64,000 nucleotides of DNA from Nitrosopumilus sp. (GCA_963662625.1 OY759726.1:64001-128000), one strand, 5' to 3'; counted from the stretch's first letter, positions 20,196 to 30,239 are shown. A program made the numbers and translations. Notes: a model not told the origin generated them from the letters alone.

Positions 20196-20588
20196 TCAGA
20201 ATATGCCCGCGTCGGCCTGCGTCAGCGGGGATGCCGCCCTGATGATCCTGAACGGGATCCTCCCGAAGCTGAGCCCCTTCTCGGCGGAGACCAGCAGCAC
20301 GTCGTCGCCCGGCAGCGGGAAGCTGATGATTATCACCTTGTCGCGGTACGACATGGAAAAGTGGACCGGCCCGAACTCCCTGTCAAACTCGTGCCTCATG
20401 CGCACCCGCAGCGCGATCTCCATGAACATCATCTCGTCCTGCTTCTTGGCCTCGAGGGACTCCAGGCCCTTCCTCATGCCGCCCGCCACCAGGTGGCCGC
20501 GGCCGTTGATTATCCGGGCGGACCTGATCTTGGGATCCATCCCGAGTATCTTCTGGCAGATCTTCTCGAGATCCTCGACGCGTGCCAC
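20196..20588 (-). CDS. Thaumarchaeal hypothetical protein (roadblock/DUF6659-like)
   Basis: IRSARII..GHLVAGGMR..G, EFDREFGPV...SYRDKV pattern. Confidence 0.75.
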   Translation of the reverse strand: MARVEDLEKICQKILGMDPKIRSARIINGRGHLVAGGMRKGLESLEAKKQDEMMFMEIALRVRMRHEFDREFGPVHFSMSYRDKVIIISFPLPGDDVLLVSAEKGLSFGRIPFRIIRAASPLTQADAGIF

Positions 20589-20638
20589 GGCGTGGGTTGG
20601 CGCGCGAGCTATTTATTGAGAGCTGTGCAAGTAGGCCC

Positions 20639-21220
20639 ATGGCCGCAGACGCGCAGAAGGACGCCACGGATTACTACAGGCACCTGTCGCTGTTCTGGAC
20701 GGACATAATCCACCTGATGGCCAGCAAGCCGCAGGCGCTGACCTCCATCGGCCCGATGAGGGCGTTTGCCGCCAACTCCAAGAAGATATCCACCGAGATC
20801 GTGGACATCAACGAGAAGCTCCTGGAGTTCAACGGGTACCTGACGGAGTACTACAAGCAGCTGTCCGAGACCTGGTCGGAGGCCCAGAACAAGTTCAACT
20901 ACAAGGCACCCAAGATCCCGCAGGACGTGGAGCAGGCGGACGCGTTCAAGCGGGTGTGGATAGACATATTCGACAACGACTTTACCGAGCTGTTCGACTC
21001 CAAGGAGTTCGGCGAGAACTACGGGAAGCTGGTGTCAAAGGAGCTGGAGCTTACGCGCCACTGGAACAACATCGCAAACGTGATCCTCCAGTCGGCAAAC
21101 CTCCCGAGCAAGGAGGAGATCGACGAGGTCTACAGGGAGATCCACGGCCTGAAGAGGCGGATCGCGAAGCTGGAACTGCGGGCGAAGAAGAAGCAGGGGG
21201 GCGGCAGGGGTGCAAAGTGA
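20639..21220 (+). CDS. phaE: Polyhydroxyalkanoate synthase subunit PhaE
   Basis: FKRVWID, NLPSKEEIDEVYREIHGLKRRI; overlaps phaC. Confidence 0.85.
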   Translation: MAADAQKDATDYYRHLSLFWTDIIHLMASKPQALTSIGPMRAFAANSKKISTEIVDINEKLLEFNGYLTEYYKQLSETWSEAQNKFNYKAPKIPQDVEQADAFKRVWIDIFDNDFTELFDSKEFGENYGKLVSKELELTRHWNNIANVILQSANLPSKEEIDEVYREIHGLKRRIAKLELRAKKKQGGGRGAK

Positions 21221-22277
21221 GTCCAGGGTAGACCCCAGGATGATCGAGGAGATCCTGAAGTTCGGCAGGAACGTCGTGGACGCCCCGAACCGGGTCGCGG
21301 CGCCCGACGAGATCAGCATGGAGGTGACCCCCCACGACGTCGTCCAGGAGATAGACAAGACCAGGCTGCTGCACTACAGGGGGCTGACCGACAGGCAGCA
21401 CAGGACCCCGCTGCTGATCTCGTACGCGCTGATCAACAGGTACCACATCCTGGACATCCAGCCCCAGAAGAGCTGGGTGAGGAACCTGCTGGAGCAGGGG
21501 TTTGACGTGTACATGCTGGACTGGGGCACGCCGACCAACATGGACAAGTACCTCGACTTTGACGACTACGTCAACGGGTACCTGGACAACTACATGGAGT
21601 ACGTGAAGAACGAGTCGTCCTCGGAGCAGGTGTCCCTGCAGGGGTACTGCACCGGGGCGACGCTGGCCACGGCGTACGCGTCGCTGCACCCCGAGAGCGT
21701 CCGGAACTTCGTCGCCACCGCGCCCGTGATCGACGGGTGGAGGGACACGACGGTGATCAGCAACCTGGCGAAGCACGTGGACGTGGACAAGATGGTGGGG
21801 GTCATCGGCAACATGCCCCCGGAGTTCATGTACTACTGCTTTTCCGTCCTCAAGCCGTTCGAGCAGGGGATCGAGAAATACGTCAACTTCTTCAAGAACA
21901 TAGACAACCCGAAGTTCGTCGACAGCTTCCTGCGCGTCGAGAGGTGGCTCGGGGACACGCCGGCGATCCCGGGCCAGCTGTTCAGGCAGTGGATCAAGGA
22001 CATCTACCAGAAGAACCGCCTGGTGCAGAACAGGATGTGGATCGGCGGCAGGCGCGTGGACCTGAAGAGGATCCGCATGCCGATATTCACCCAGGTCGCC
22101 GTGGGGGACCACCTGGTGTCCCCGGAATGCAGCATGCCGCTCCACTACGCGGTGGGCAGCCAGGACAAGACGCTCAGGGTATACCCGACGGGGCACGTCG
22201 GGATGATCGCGAGCTCGCTGTCCCAGAAGAGGGTGCTGCCCGAGCTCGGCCGGTGGCTCGCGGAGAGGTCGGACTAG
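21210..22277 (+). CDS. phaC: Class III PHA synthase subunit PhaC
   Basis: YALINRYHILD, DWG, GYCTG lipase-box Cys, DHLV, GHVG. Confidence 0.95.
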   Translation: MQSESRVDPRMIEEILKFGRNVVDAPNRVAAPDEISMEVTPHDVVQEIDKTRLLHYRGLTDRQHRTPLLISYALINRYHILDIQPQKSWVRNLLEQGFDVYMLDWGTPTNMDKYLDFDDYVNGYLDNYMEYVKNESSSEQVSLQGYCTGATLATAYASLHPESVRNFVATAPVIDGWRDTTVISNLAKHVDVDKMVGVIGNMPPEFMYYCFSVLKPFEQGIEKYVNFFKNIDNPKFVDSFLRVERWLGDTPAIPGQLFRQWIKDIYQKNRLVQNRMWIGGRRVDLKRIRMPIFTQVAVGDHLVSPECSMPLHYAVGSQDKTLRVYPTGHVGMIASSLSQKRVLPELGRWLAERSD

Positions 22278-22334
22278 GGCCCGGCGTAACGGATCCCGGC
22301 CCTGGCAGGGACGGTTCCGGGCGCAACCCGCGCG

Positions 22335-24500
22335 TCAGTGGCCGCCGTGCGCCGCGTGGGCGGTTCCCTGGAAGCCGAACATGACCGTCTTTTCATGGCC
22401 GCCGTGCAGCGAGTGGTACTCGAACCCGCCGTTCGAAGTGCTCGGGGCGAACCCCCCGGGGATCGCCGACTGGATCAGCACGTTGTCGGGCATCACGCCG
22501 GCGATCGTGAAGTTTCCGCCGGCGTCAGTCGAGCCGGCCTCCTGCTGGCCGGTGGTCAGGGAGGTGACGGTGACCGTGACTCCGGGCAGGCCCGGCTCGC
22601 CGGATTCCCGGACGCCGTTTATGTTGGCATCGTGGTACACCGTGCCCGAGACGGTCGCGGTGTCCCCCGCATGGATGTGGCGCATCGGGAAGTCGAGGGT
22701 CGACTGCTTGCCGGCGTGAAGCCGCTCGTACGCAAACGTGGAATGGCCCGCCTGCGGGAGGTGATCCGCGGGAATCAGGCCGGTCTGGACCAGTACCATG
22801 TCGGGCATCACGCCGGCAAACTCGTAGACGCCCCTCCAGTTCGTCTCGGTGGTCAGCAGCCTGCCCGAGGACAGCTCGTACAGGGACACCTGGACCCTGG
22901 GGAACCCCGCCTCGCCCGGATCGTGCAGGCCGTTCCCGTTGTCGTCCTCGTGGATGATCCCGGCCAGGGACGCGGCCTCGTCTGCCGTGATCTCGTCCAG
23001 CGGAAAGTCCACCGTGGCGGAGGAGGACGCCGCCAGCGTCTCGTAGGTGAAGAAGTCAAAGCCGCCGGCCATGAGGTATCCCACGGGAAGCGCGCCGACC
23101 TGTACCAGGTTCACGCCGGGAAGCAGGCCGGTTATGGAGTACGCGCCGCTGCCGTCGGTCGTGGTCCGGGTGACCTCCCCGGTCAGCAGATCGATGGCCA
23201 TCACGGCGATGCCGCCGACCCCGGGCTCTCCCGCGTCCTGCACGCCGTTCCCGTTGGCGTCGGAGAAAGCGGTGCCGCCCACTGCCGGGGCGGTCGAGGG
23301 GTCGGCCCTCTGCAGCGGAAAGTCCGCGGTGGCCGGCGCGTCCGCTGACACGGTTGGCCTGTTGAAGTAATCATGGCCGGGTGGCGTCACGTAGCCGTTG
23401 GGTATCGTGATCTGGACAAGGTAGCTGCCGGGGATCAGCCCGGTAAAGGAGAACCCGCCGTCGGGGCCGGTGATCGCCAGCGTGGCGGCCTCGGGTTCCT
23501 CGTAGTATATGACCAGCACCGTCGTCTCCACGCCGGGCTCCCCGGCGTCGGGGGCGCCGTTCCCGTTCGAGTCGACGAAGACCGTCCCGGAGACCGATCC
23601 CAGGGCCTCGATCACGGTCACGGTGACGCCGGGTGACGCCGCGGAGGAGTTCCCGAACCCGTCGGTCGCGGTGGCAGTCAGGATGTGGGCACCCCCCGCG
23701 AGCGGGGCTGCCGCCTGCAGTATCCACGCGCCCGAGGACGAAGATACGGCCGTCCCGATTGAATCCGTCCCGCTGAAGACCTCGACGAAGACGCCGGGGC
23801 CGGCCGTCCCGCGTATGGCGGGGGTGGGGGTCACCTTGGACGAGTCTGAGGGGCTTATGATCGTGGGGGCGGCCACGGCCGGGCCGTGCGCATGGTCGGA
23901 GGGGCACACGTCGGCCGCCATGATCGTCCCGGCGTAGGTCCCCTCCATGCTCGCGATGGGCCCGCCGGATACGCCGGGGATCAGCGAGGAGCTGCCCGTC
24001 AGGAGGTCTACCAGGCGGAGGCTGTTCTTCTCGCCTGGGGCGCCGTTGTGCACGTGTATCCCGGTCACGTTGCGCAGCCCGCTGGCCGTGATGCTAAAGT
24101 CGACGCTCGGGTGGTGGCCCGAGGCGTTGGCCGTGAATGCCAGGTCCGCCGTGGCCGTGACGCCCGCCCAGGGGGAGCTGTCCGCGCCGTCGCCAAACAC
24201 GTTCTGGGAGGCGTCAGCCGAGGCGGAGAACGTGCCGTGGCCTCCCTGCGCGATGTCTCCCCTTATCTCGCCGGGGGAGTCGAGGTCTCCGGGGCCGGTG
24301 TTTTTGGGATCCACGCCGTCGTCGGTGTGGAACTGGACGTAGGCGCGCCCGGCTGCCATCTCGCCCACCAGGTGGGCTATGGTGGCCGTGCATTCCCGGG
24401 GCTGGACCGGGGGGTGGTCCGCGAGGGACTGGCCCGGGGAGCCGGCCATCATGGACAGCGTGACTGCCAACACGAACGCCAGAGAGGTTTTCGCCCACAT
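22335..24500 (-). CDS. Secreted surface protein: permuted CHRD-like domain, Ig-like domain, four SdrD-B-like domains
   Basis: Signal peptide from ATG 24500; GEIRGDI and GIHVHNG motifs; ATATDGFGNSS Ig motif; repeated GTVFxDxNGNGxxDxGEPG. Confidence 0.85.
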   Translation of the reverse strand: MWAKTSLAFVLAVTLSMMAGSPGQSLADHPPVQPRECTATIAHLVGEMAAGRAYVQFHTDDGVDPKNTGPGDLDSPGEIRGDIAQGGHGTFSASADASQNVFGDGADSSPWAGVTATADLAFTANASGHHPSVDFSITASGLRNVTGIHVHNGAPGEKNSLRLVDLLTGSSSLIPGVSGGPIASMEGTYAGTIMAADVCPSDHAHGPAVAAPTIISPSDSSKVTPTPAIRGTAGPGVFVEVFSGTDSIGTAVSSSSGAWILQAAAPLAGGAHILTATATDGFGNSSAASPGVTVTVIEALGSVSGTVFVDSNGNGAPDAGEPGVETTVLVIYYEEPEAATLAITGPDGGFSFTGLIPGSYLVQITIPNGYVTPPGHDYFNRPTVSADAPATADFPLQRADPSTAPAVGGTAFSDANGNGVQDAGEPGVGGIAVMAIDLLTGEVTRTTTDGSGAYSITGLLPGVNLVQVGALPVGYLMAGGFDFFTYETLAASSSATVDFPLDEITADEAASLAGIIHEDDNGNGLHDPGEAGFPRVQVSLYELSSGRLLTTETNWRGVYEFAGVMPDMVLVQTGLIPADHLPQAGHSTFAYERLHAGKQSTLDFPMRHIHAGDTATVSGTVYHDANINGVRESGEPGLPGVTVTVTSLTTGQQEAGSTDAGGNFTIAGVMPDNVLIQSAIPGGFAPSTSNGGFEYHSLHGGHEKTVMFGFQGTAHAAHGGH

Positions 24501-24543
24501 GTGGGCATACGGGCACGCATAGGTTATAAGAAACTTTTTTCCC

Positions 24544-24606
24544 GTTCGAGAGACATACCAGTCTGTTCGAGGGACATGCCAGCCTGTTCGAGGGACATGC
24601 CAGCAC
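24544..24606. repeat. Three tandem 21-bp direct repeats upstream of the surface-protein promoter
   Basis: gttcgagagacataccagtct / gttcgagggacatgccagcct / gttcgagggacatgccagcac. Confidence 0.9.
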
Positions 24607-24618
24607 TGTGCCGGGGCG

Positions 24619-25140
24619 TCAGTAGTACGAGAAAGAGTCCGCGAACCTGTCCGCCAGGGAGTCGGCGCGCATGATCCCGGAATTTTCCAGGATCTCCCTC
24701 GCGAGGCGGCAGTCGCACAGCGAATACCTCCTCTGGAACCCGGGGACCACCATGACCACGCCGCCCCCGACCAGCTGCTTGAGCGTGTACGACACGGTGG
24801 CAGGGCTCTTGCGCACCGCGCGCGCGACCTCCGCAAACGTCGCGGCCTCCACGTCCAGGAGAAGGAGGATGATTCCCCTGCAGGTCTCCTTCCGCAGGCT
24901 GATTATGATGCCGTCCCTGCCGGGATCGGACATGGGCGGGAAGAACCAGGTCAGCCTCCCCTTTCTCATCACCCTAAGCCTCCCGCCCTCCTCCAGCTTC
25001 CTCAGGTGGTGGCTGAGGATCCCGTTGGCTAGCCCGGTGCGCCTGAGCAGGTCCTGGTAGTTGGATCCGGGGCGCCTTTCCACCAGCGCGCATATCATCC
25101 TCCTCCTCGACTCGGGGCGCGGGGCGGTTCCTCCGTCCAT
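24619..25140 (-). CDS. Double winged-helix transcriptional regulator
   Basis: PGSNYQDLLRRTGLANGILSHHLRKLE; second HTH KSPATVSYTLKQL. Confidence 0.85.
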   Translation of the reverse strand: MDGGTAPRPESRRRMICALVERRPGSNYQDLLRRTGLANGILSHHLRKLEEGGRLRVMRKGRLTWFFPPMSDPGRDGIIISLRKETCRGIILLLLDVEAATFAEVARAVRKSPATVSYTLKQLVGGGVVMVVPGFQRRYSLCDCRLAREILENSGIMRADSLADRFADSFSYY

Positions 25141-25141
25141 C

Positions 25142-25525
25142 CTAATCCGTCCTGAATATCCCCACGGAAAAAAACGCCAGCATCAGCAGGATCATCCCCG
25201 ACGTCACGATCGAGTCGGTGCTGGTATAGGATGCCCAGAACACGAACACGGTGTTCAGGGCAAACAGGATCTCCGCCGACGTCACGGCGAAAAACGCGCA
25301 CATCATCAGAAGCAGCCGAGTGGTCCTGTACCTGAGGTAGGCGATGGCGCCGACGACGGACAGGAAGGAGCCAAGTATGATGCTGGCCACGTGTATCCCC
25401 ATGTGCAGCCCGTGGCCGTGCATGAAATGGGGGAGGAACGCCGGGATCGAGGACGTCAGCAGGACCGCGGAGACGAATAACAGTATCCGGACCTTAGTCC
25501 TGCCGTCGAGCCGTACGTGCTGCAC
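25142..25525 (-). CDS. His-rich 4-TM membrane protein
   Basis: Hydrophobic helices; PHFMHGHGLHMGIH; directly upstream of the regulator. Confidence 0.75.
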   Translation of the reverse strand: MQHVRLDGRTKVRILLFVSAVLLTSSIPAFLPHFMHGHGLHMGIHVASIILGSFLSVVGAIAYLRYRTTRLLLMMCAFFAVTSAEILFALNTVFVFWASYTSTDSIVTSGMILLMLAFFSVGIFRTD

Positions 25526-25630
25526 GCATCAGGTCGGGCGCCCCCGCCTTATAAGGTGGACTGGTAGAAGCGTCAAAGCCCCCCGGGCGGACCGGCTCCG
25601 TTAATATTCTTGGACGTGCCGGGACAGTGC

Positions 25631-26533
25631 ATGATGCGCGCCGCAACGGCCCTGCCCCCCGTGCTCGGGCTGCTTCTCCTGGCCGGCGCCGCGGGCGCCG
25701 TGGCAGATCACGGCGGCGGCACCAGCGGAGGGTGCACCGGGGACTGCGTGCCGCCGACGCTGGGCACCGACAACGGCGGGAAGCGGCTGGTCAGCGGGGG
25801 GTTCGCGGTAAACGGCAACGCCTTTGACGTCACCTACTTCAAGCAGGACATCCCCACGCAGGAAGTCGCGGTGGGGGAGCCGGTCACCGTCACCCTGACG
25901 GTGTTTGAGGACGCCGGCCCGCAGTTCCTGAGGCACGTGGGGCTGATGATGGGCCTGGAGGACAGGCTCGTGGCGGGGGTCATGACCCAGACGTACCTGG
26001 TACAGGTCCACTGGGAGAGGGACTTTGCGGGGGACGTCACGGTGAGGACCGACGACCCGGGCGGCCTGGTCAGGGACGTCGGCGTGGAAGAGGCCGTCGA
26101 GGGGGACAACAGCGTCATAACGTTCGAGTTCACCCCGGCGCGGGAGTTCGACGCCGGCACCGTGGTCGTCCAGACTTGGGACGCCGAACGGAACCAGTGG
26201 AAGAATTATTTTTACGGCCCGCTGGGGATAACCGCCGCCGGGGCCGGCTCCGCGGGGGGCACCGTCCCGGAGTGGGTGAAGGCCAACGCCGGGTGGTGGG
26301 CGGAGGGCTCCATCGACGACGGCTCGTTCGTCCGGGGGCTGCAGTACCTGGTACGAAACGGCATAATCGACGTCCCGCCGGCCGCGCAGGGGCAGGGGCA
26401 GGGGCCGGGGCCGGACGTGATTCCGGAGTGGGTGAAGGCCAACGCCGGGTGGTGGGCGGAGGGCTCCATCGACGACGGCTCGTTCGTCCGGGCGATCCAG
26501 TACCTGATCACGGCGGGCATCATCGAGACATAG
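25631..26533 (+). CDS. Secreted protein with two thaumarchaeal PEWVKxNAGWW repeats
   Basis: Signal peptide, CTGDC motif, duplicated PEWVKANAGWWAEGSIDDGSFVR. Confidence 0.85.
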   Translation: MMRAATALPPVLGLLLLAGAAGAVADHGGGTSGGCTGDCVPPTLGTDNGGKRLVSGGFAVNGNAFDVTYFKQDIPTQEVAVGEPVTVTLTVFEDAGPQFLRHVGLMMGLEDRLVAGVMTQTYLVQVHWERDFAGDVTVRTDDPGGLVRDVGVEEAVEGDNSVITFEFTPAREFDAGTVVVQTWDAERNQWKNYFYGPLGITAAGAGSAGGTVPEWVKANAGWWAEGSIDDGSFVRGLQYLVRNGIIDVPPAAQGQGQGPGPDVIPEWVKANAGWWAEGSIDDGSFVRAIQYLITAGIIET

Positions 26534-26563
26534 CGCCGCGCGGCGGCGCGGGCCGGCGGGCCG

Positions 26564-27226
26564 CTACGGGCCGGGCGGGCCCTCCACGGTGAGGAGGCCG
26601 TCCAGGTTCCCGTAAAACTCGTCCACGAACGAGGGGAACCGGTCGACGGGCACGATCGGGACCCTGTCCACAAAGTCCACCCCGTCCTGGTGCAGCGTGA
26701 CGATCACGGGCACGGCCACTGCGCCCCGCGTCTTGGCCACGTAGTGCCTGGTCCTCCCGATCTGTTTTCGCACCGCGGCGGACAGCGCCGGGCGGCCCGA
26801 GCGCCTCCAGTGCTTGCAGTCGATCAGCATCGCCACCCCCAGGCGCACGCCGACCACGTCTATCTCCATCCTGGGCCGCGTCAGGACCAGGTTCCTCATG
26901 ACCGCAAAGCCCATGGAGGACAGCATCCCGGCGACCAAACCCTCGAAGTCCCTCCAGTCGATCGCCTCGGAGACCGAGCCGGCGGGGGCGCCGCACTTGA
27001 GCAGCTCTATGGCGGCCCTCAGCCTGTCGCCGTCCTCGAAGAAGTACTGCCCGCCGCGCCTCCTGCCGATCCCGGCGGCGGCCAGCCCGCCGAGGATCTC
27101 CGCGGACGCGTCCGCCCCGAGCCCGGTCGCCGCCGAAAAGTCCCGGACGGACACGCCGCCGGGTATCATCCCGGGCATGCCGGCCGCCACGTCCGGGGCG
27201 CGCCTTGCCAGGAACCCGTCTCGCAC
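26564..27226 (-). CDS. Mrr-like PD-(D/E)xK restriction-endonuclease-fold protein
   Basis: WRDFEGLVA, EIDVVG, IDCKHW. Start uncertain. Confidence 0.8.
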   Translation of the reverse strand: MRDGFLARRAPDVAAGMPGMIPGGVSVRDFSAATGLGADASAEILGGLAAAGIGRRRGGQYFFEDGDRLRAAIELLKCGAPAGSVSEAIDWRDFEGLVAGMLSSMGFAVMRNLVLTRPRMEIDVVGVRLGVAMLIDCKHWRRSGRPALSAAVRKQIGRTRHYVAKTRGAVAVPVIVTLHQDGVDFVDRVPIVPVDRFPSFVDEFYGNLDGLLTVEGPPGP

Positions 27227-27274
27227 AAGACACGGCGGGCCGCTGGAAATATTAATCAAGGGCCGGGCCGTGAG

Positions 27275-29776
27275 ATGGTCTTGTTGCGACCTGCCAGGAC
27301 AGCGGCCACGTGGGGGCTTCCGGCGGCGCTGGCGCTCCTGTGCGCCGCCGCGGCCTGCGGCCAGGCGCTAGCGGAGAAGGGCTCCTACGTCGACACGGTG
27401 AGGTTCGTCCAGTACCTGGACGAGAACACGGCGCTGGAGGAGGTGAGGAACGGGAACCTGGACGTGTACTACTCCAGGATCCCAGCGGACAGGCTCGAGG
27501 GCGCCCATGCCAGGGAGGGGCTGCGGGTGTACGACTCCACCGGCGGGTCCTACAGCATACTGGCCAACCCGGCCGAGTCGGACAGGTTCAACCCGTTCTC
27601 CATAAGGGATGTCAGGTTCGCGCTCAACTACCTGGTGGACAGGAAGCTCATCGTCAACGAGCTCATGGGGGGCCTCGGCTCGCCCTCCGTCTCGTACTAC
27701 GGCCGGCACGACCCGGGGTACCTCACGGTGATCGGGCAGCTGGAGTCCTACGACTTCAGGTACAACCCGAGGCTGGCCGGGGAGATGATCTCGGGGGCGC
27801 TGCTGGGGGCCGGCGCCGAGAGGTCCGACGGCCGCTGGATCCACGGCGGCGAGCCGGTCGGGATCACGATCTTCATCAGGAGCGACGACCCGGTGAGGAA
27901 GTCGATAGGGGAGATCCTGGCATCGGAGCTGGAGGGGATGGGGTTTGCGGTCAGCAAGGACTTTGGCGACCTGAACAAGGCGTTCGTCGTGGTGTACGGC
28001 TCGGATCCGGCCGAGCTGAGGTGGAACCTGTACACCGAGGGCTGGGGGAGGTCGGCGTTCGTGAGGTACGACTCGGCCGGGCTGGGGCAGATGTACGCGC
28101 CCTGGTTCTCCAACATGCCGGGGTTCAACGACCCGGGCTACTGGAACTACGAGAACGGCGGGCTGGACGAGGTCACCCAGCGGATATACACGGGGGACTT
28201 TGAGACCGAGGAGCAGAGGGCCGGGCTGGTCCGGGAGGCCGTCACCATGGGGATCGACGAGTCCGTGCGGATCTTCCTGGCAAGCAACGTGGACCGGTAC
28301 GTCACCAACGACGGGGTGTCGGGGGTCGTGAACGACTTCGGGGCGGGCGTCCCCAGCAGGTTCACCCCGATCAACGCCAGGACCGGCGGCGGCGAGCTGG
28401 TGGTGGGGGTCAAGCAGATCTACCAGGGCGCGTGGAACCCAGTGATGGGCCTGAGCGACAGCTACAGCACGCGCATCTGGGGCATCGTCGCCGACCCGGC
28501 CTCGTTCAAGCACCCGTTCACCGGGGAGGCGCTCCCGGTGCGCGCCTCGTGGGACGTCGAGACGGCGGGCCCGCGCGGCGGGGTGGAGGTGCCCGCCGGC
28601 GCGGTGATGTGGGACGTGGGGTCGCAGGCGTGGGAGGCGGTGCCCGCGGGCACGGAGGCCACCAGCAGGGTCACGTTCGACCTGGCGTTTGGCAACTGGC
28701 ACCACGGGCGGCCCATGGACATGCTGGACGTCCTCCACTCGCTGTACTTCGCGGTGGAGTGGGGGACGCGGGACGGCCCGGACGACAGGACGTTCGACTC
28801 CGAGTTCACGCCGAGGGCGGCGCAGGTCACCGACACGCTGGTCGGCGTCAGGCAGGTGGACGCCGACACGATAGAGGCGTACGTGGACTATTGGCACTTT
28901 GACGAGGGCGAGATAGCCGAGTGGGCGTCCCTCTGGAGCGTCGTCCCGTGGGAGATCTCGGCCGCCATGGAGCAGGCGGTGGTGGACGGGAAGGCGTCGT
29001 TTTCCAGGTCGGGCGCCACCGCCAAGAACGTGAGCTGGCTCTCCCTGCTGGTGCCAAACGACGCGCAGGTGCTGCGCGGCTACCTGGAGGGGTTCAGGGC
29101 CGAGGGGCGCGTCCCGGCCCCCGCCGGCGGCGCGGCGGGCCCGGGCTACGCCGAGGACAGGTACGACGCTGCCATAGGGTGGATAGAGGACAACGGCCAC
29201 GCCGTGATCAGCAACGGCCCGTTCTACGTGGACTCGTACTCGCCCGAGTCCAGGACCATAACCGTGCGCGCCTTTGACGACGGCACGTACCCGTTCGCCG
29301 CCGGCCGCTGGTCGGAGTTCGAGGACGCCAGGTACCCGTCCATAGCGGGGGTCGACGTCCCCGGCACCGTGCAGCGGGGCGGCGACCTGGCGATCACGGT
29401 CGCGTCGGAGAACGCCGACTCCGTCATGTACTTCCTGGCCGGCGGCGACGGCCGCATCGTGGCGTCAGGCGAGGTCGGGGCCGGCGGCGGGGTCTCCGAG
29501 GTAACCATCCCCGGCGCGGAGACGGGCCTGCTCGCCGAGGGCGGGGGCAGCGTCAGGGTGTTCGCGGTGTCCGCGGACGTGCTGAGGCCCGACGCCCACT
29601 CCGCGGGGTTCCTGGTCGTGGACGGGCCCGGCGGGCTCCCCGCCGTGCGGGGCGGCGGCGCCGTCGAGGGGGACGGGCAGGGGTGGTGGGCCTGGGTCGC
29701 GGTCCCGGCCGCCGCTGCCGCCGCGCTGGCCGCGGCGGCGAGGCTCGTCACGCGAGGCCGTACTCCCCCAGGATAG
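27275..29776 (+). CDS. ABC transporter substrate-binding protein (family 5, peptide/nickel)
   Basis: Signal peptide, VRFALNYLVDR, ISNGPFYVDSY, C-terminal membrane anchor. Confidence 0.88.
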   Translation: MVLLRPARTAATWGLPAALALLCAAAACGQALAEKGSYVDTVRFVQYLDENTALEEVRNGNLDVYYSRIPADRLEGAHAREGLRVYDSTGGSYSILANPAESDRFNPFSIRDVRFALNYLVDRKLIVNELMGGLGSPSVSYYGRHDPGYLTVIGQLESYDFRYNPRLAGEMISGALLGAGAERSDGRWIHGGEPVGITIFIRSDDPVRKSIGEILASELEGMGFAVSKDFGDLNKAFVVVYGSDPAELRWNLYTEGWGRSAFVRYDSAGLGQMYAPWFSNMPGFNDPGYWNYENGGLDEVTQRIYTGDFETEEQRAGLVREAVTMGIDESVRIFLASNVDRYVTNDGVSGVVNDFGAGVPSRFTPINARTGGGELVVGVKQIYQGAWNPVMGLSDSYSTRIWGIVADPASFKHPFTGEALPVRASWDVETAGPRGGVEVPAGAVMWDVGSQAWEAVPAGTEATSRVTFDLAFGNWHHGRPMDMLDVLHSLYFAVEWGTRDGPDDRTFDSEFTPRAAQVTDTLVGVRQVDADTIEAYVDYWHFDEGEIAEWASLWSVVPWEISAAMEQAVVDGKASFSRSGATAKNVSWLSLLVPNDAQVLRGYLEGFRAEGRVPAPAGGAAGPGYAEDRYDAAIGWIEDNGHAVISNGPFYVDSYSPESRTITVRAFDDGTYPFAAGRWSEFEDARYPSIAGVDVPGTVQRGGDLAITVASENADSVMYFLAGGDGRIVASGEVGAGGGVSEVTIPGAETGLLAEGGGSVRVFAVSADVLRPDAHSAGFLVVDGPGGLPAVRGGGAVEGDGQGWWAWVAVPAAAAAALAAAARLVTRGRTPPG

Positions 29777-30239
29777 CTGGTATCTGATCCTTGGACTCCA
29801 GCCGCGAGTACTCGGCCAGCAGGTTGCGGTTCAGCTCGTAGAACGTGTGCCCCCACCTGAACGGGTCGAGCAGGGAGGACGCCTGCCGGTCCCGGCCCAG
29901 TATGAACAGGGACGCGGCCAGCGCCTCCACGGTGGTCAGCTTGCCAAGCTTCGAGTAGTTCACCGGGTTGCCCGCGAGCAGCGGCGGGAGCCTCCTCCTG
30001 GCGCCTCCCAGGCCCCTCGGGAACGCCCGGGCGGCGAGCCTCCAGGAGCAGTCTATGCCCACGACGGCGCCGGCCGCCGGCGCGTCGGCCGGCAGCAGCA
30101 CCTCTTCCGCGAACGGGTCCAGCACGACGCTCCTTCCCCCCACGCGCCGGACGCTCCTGGCCAGCCCCAGCCTCACCATCCTGGCGGCGGTGCACTTTTT
30201 CGGGTCGTCCTGGTAGAGCATCAGCACCCGCAGCCTCAT
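29748..30239 (-). CDS. tsr3: 16S rRNA aminocarboxypropyltransferase (DUF367)
   Basis: DDPKKCT, IDCSW, LPPLLAGNPVNY, LTTVEALAA, FRWGHTF. Confidence 0.93.
   Translation of the reverse strand: MRLRVLMLYQDDPKKCTAARMVRLGLARSVRRVGGRSVVLDPFAEEVLLPADAPAAGAVVGIDCSWRLAARAFPRGLGGARRRLPPLLAGNPVNYSKLGKLTTVEALAASLFILGRDRQASSLLDPFRWGHTFYELNRNLLAEYSRLESKDQIPAILGEYGLA

Noticed and set aside
26267-26525. ~70-bp direct repeat pair
   Set aside because: Explained by the duplicated PEWVKANAGWW protein domain; its period is about 156 bp, not 72-73.
26564-27226. Mrr-like gene as part of a defence island
   Set aside because: Stand-alone among core genes, with host-like composition and no methylase or partner genes.
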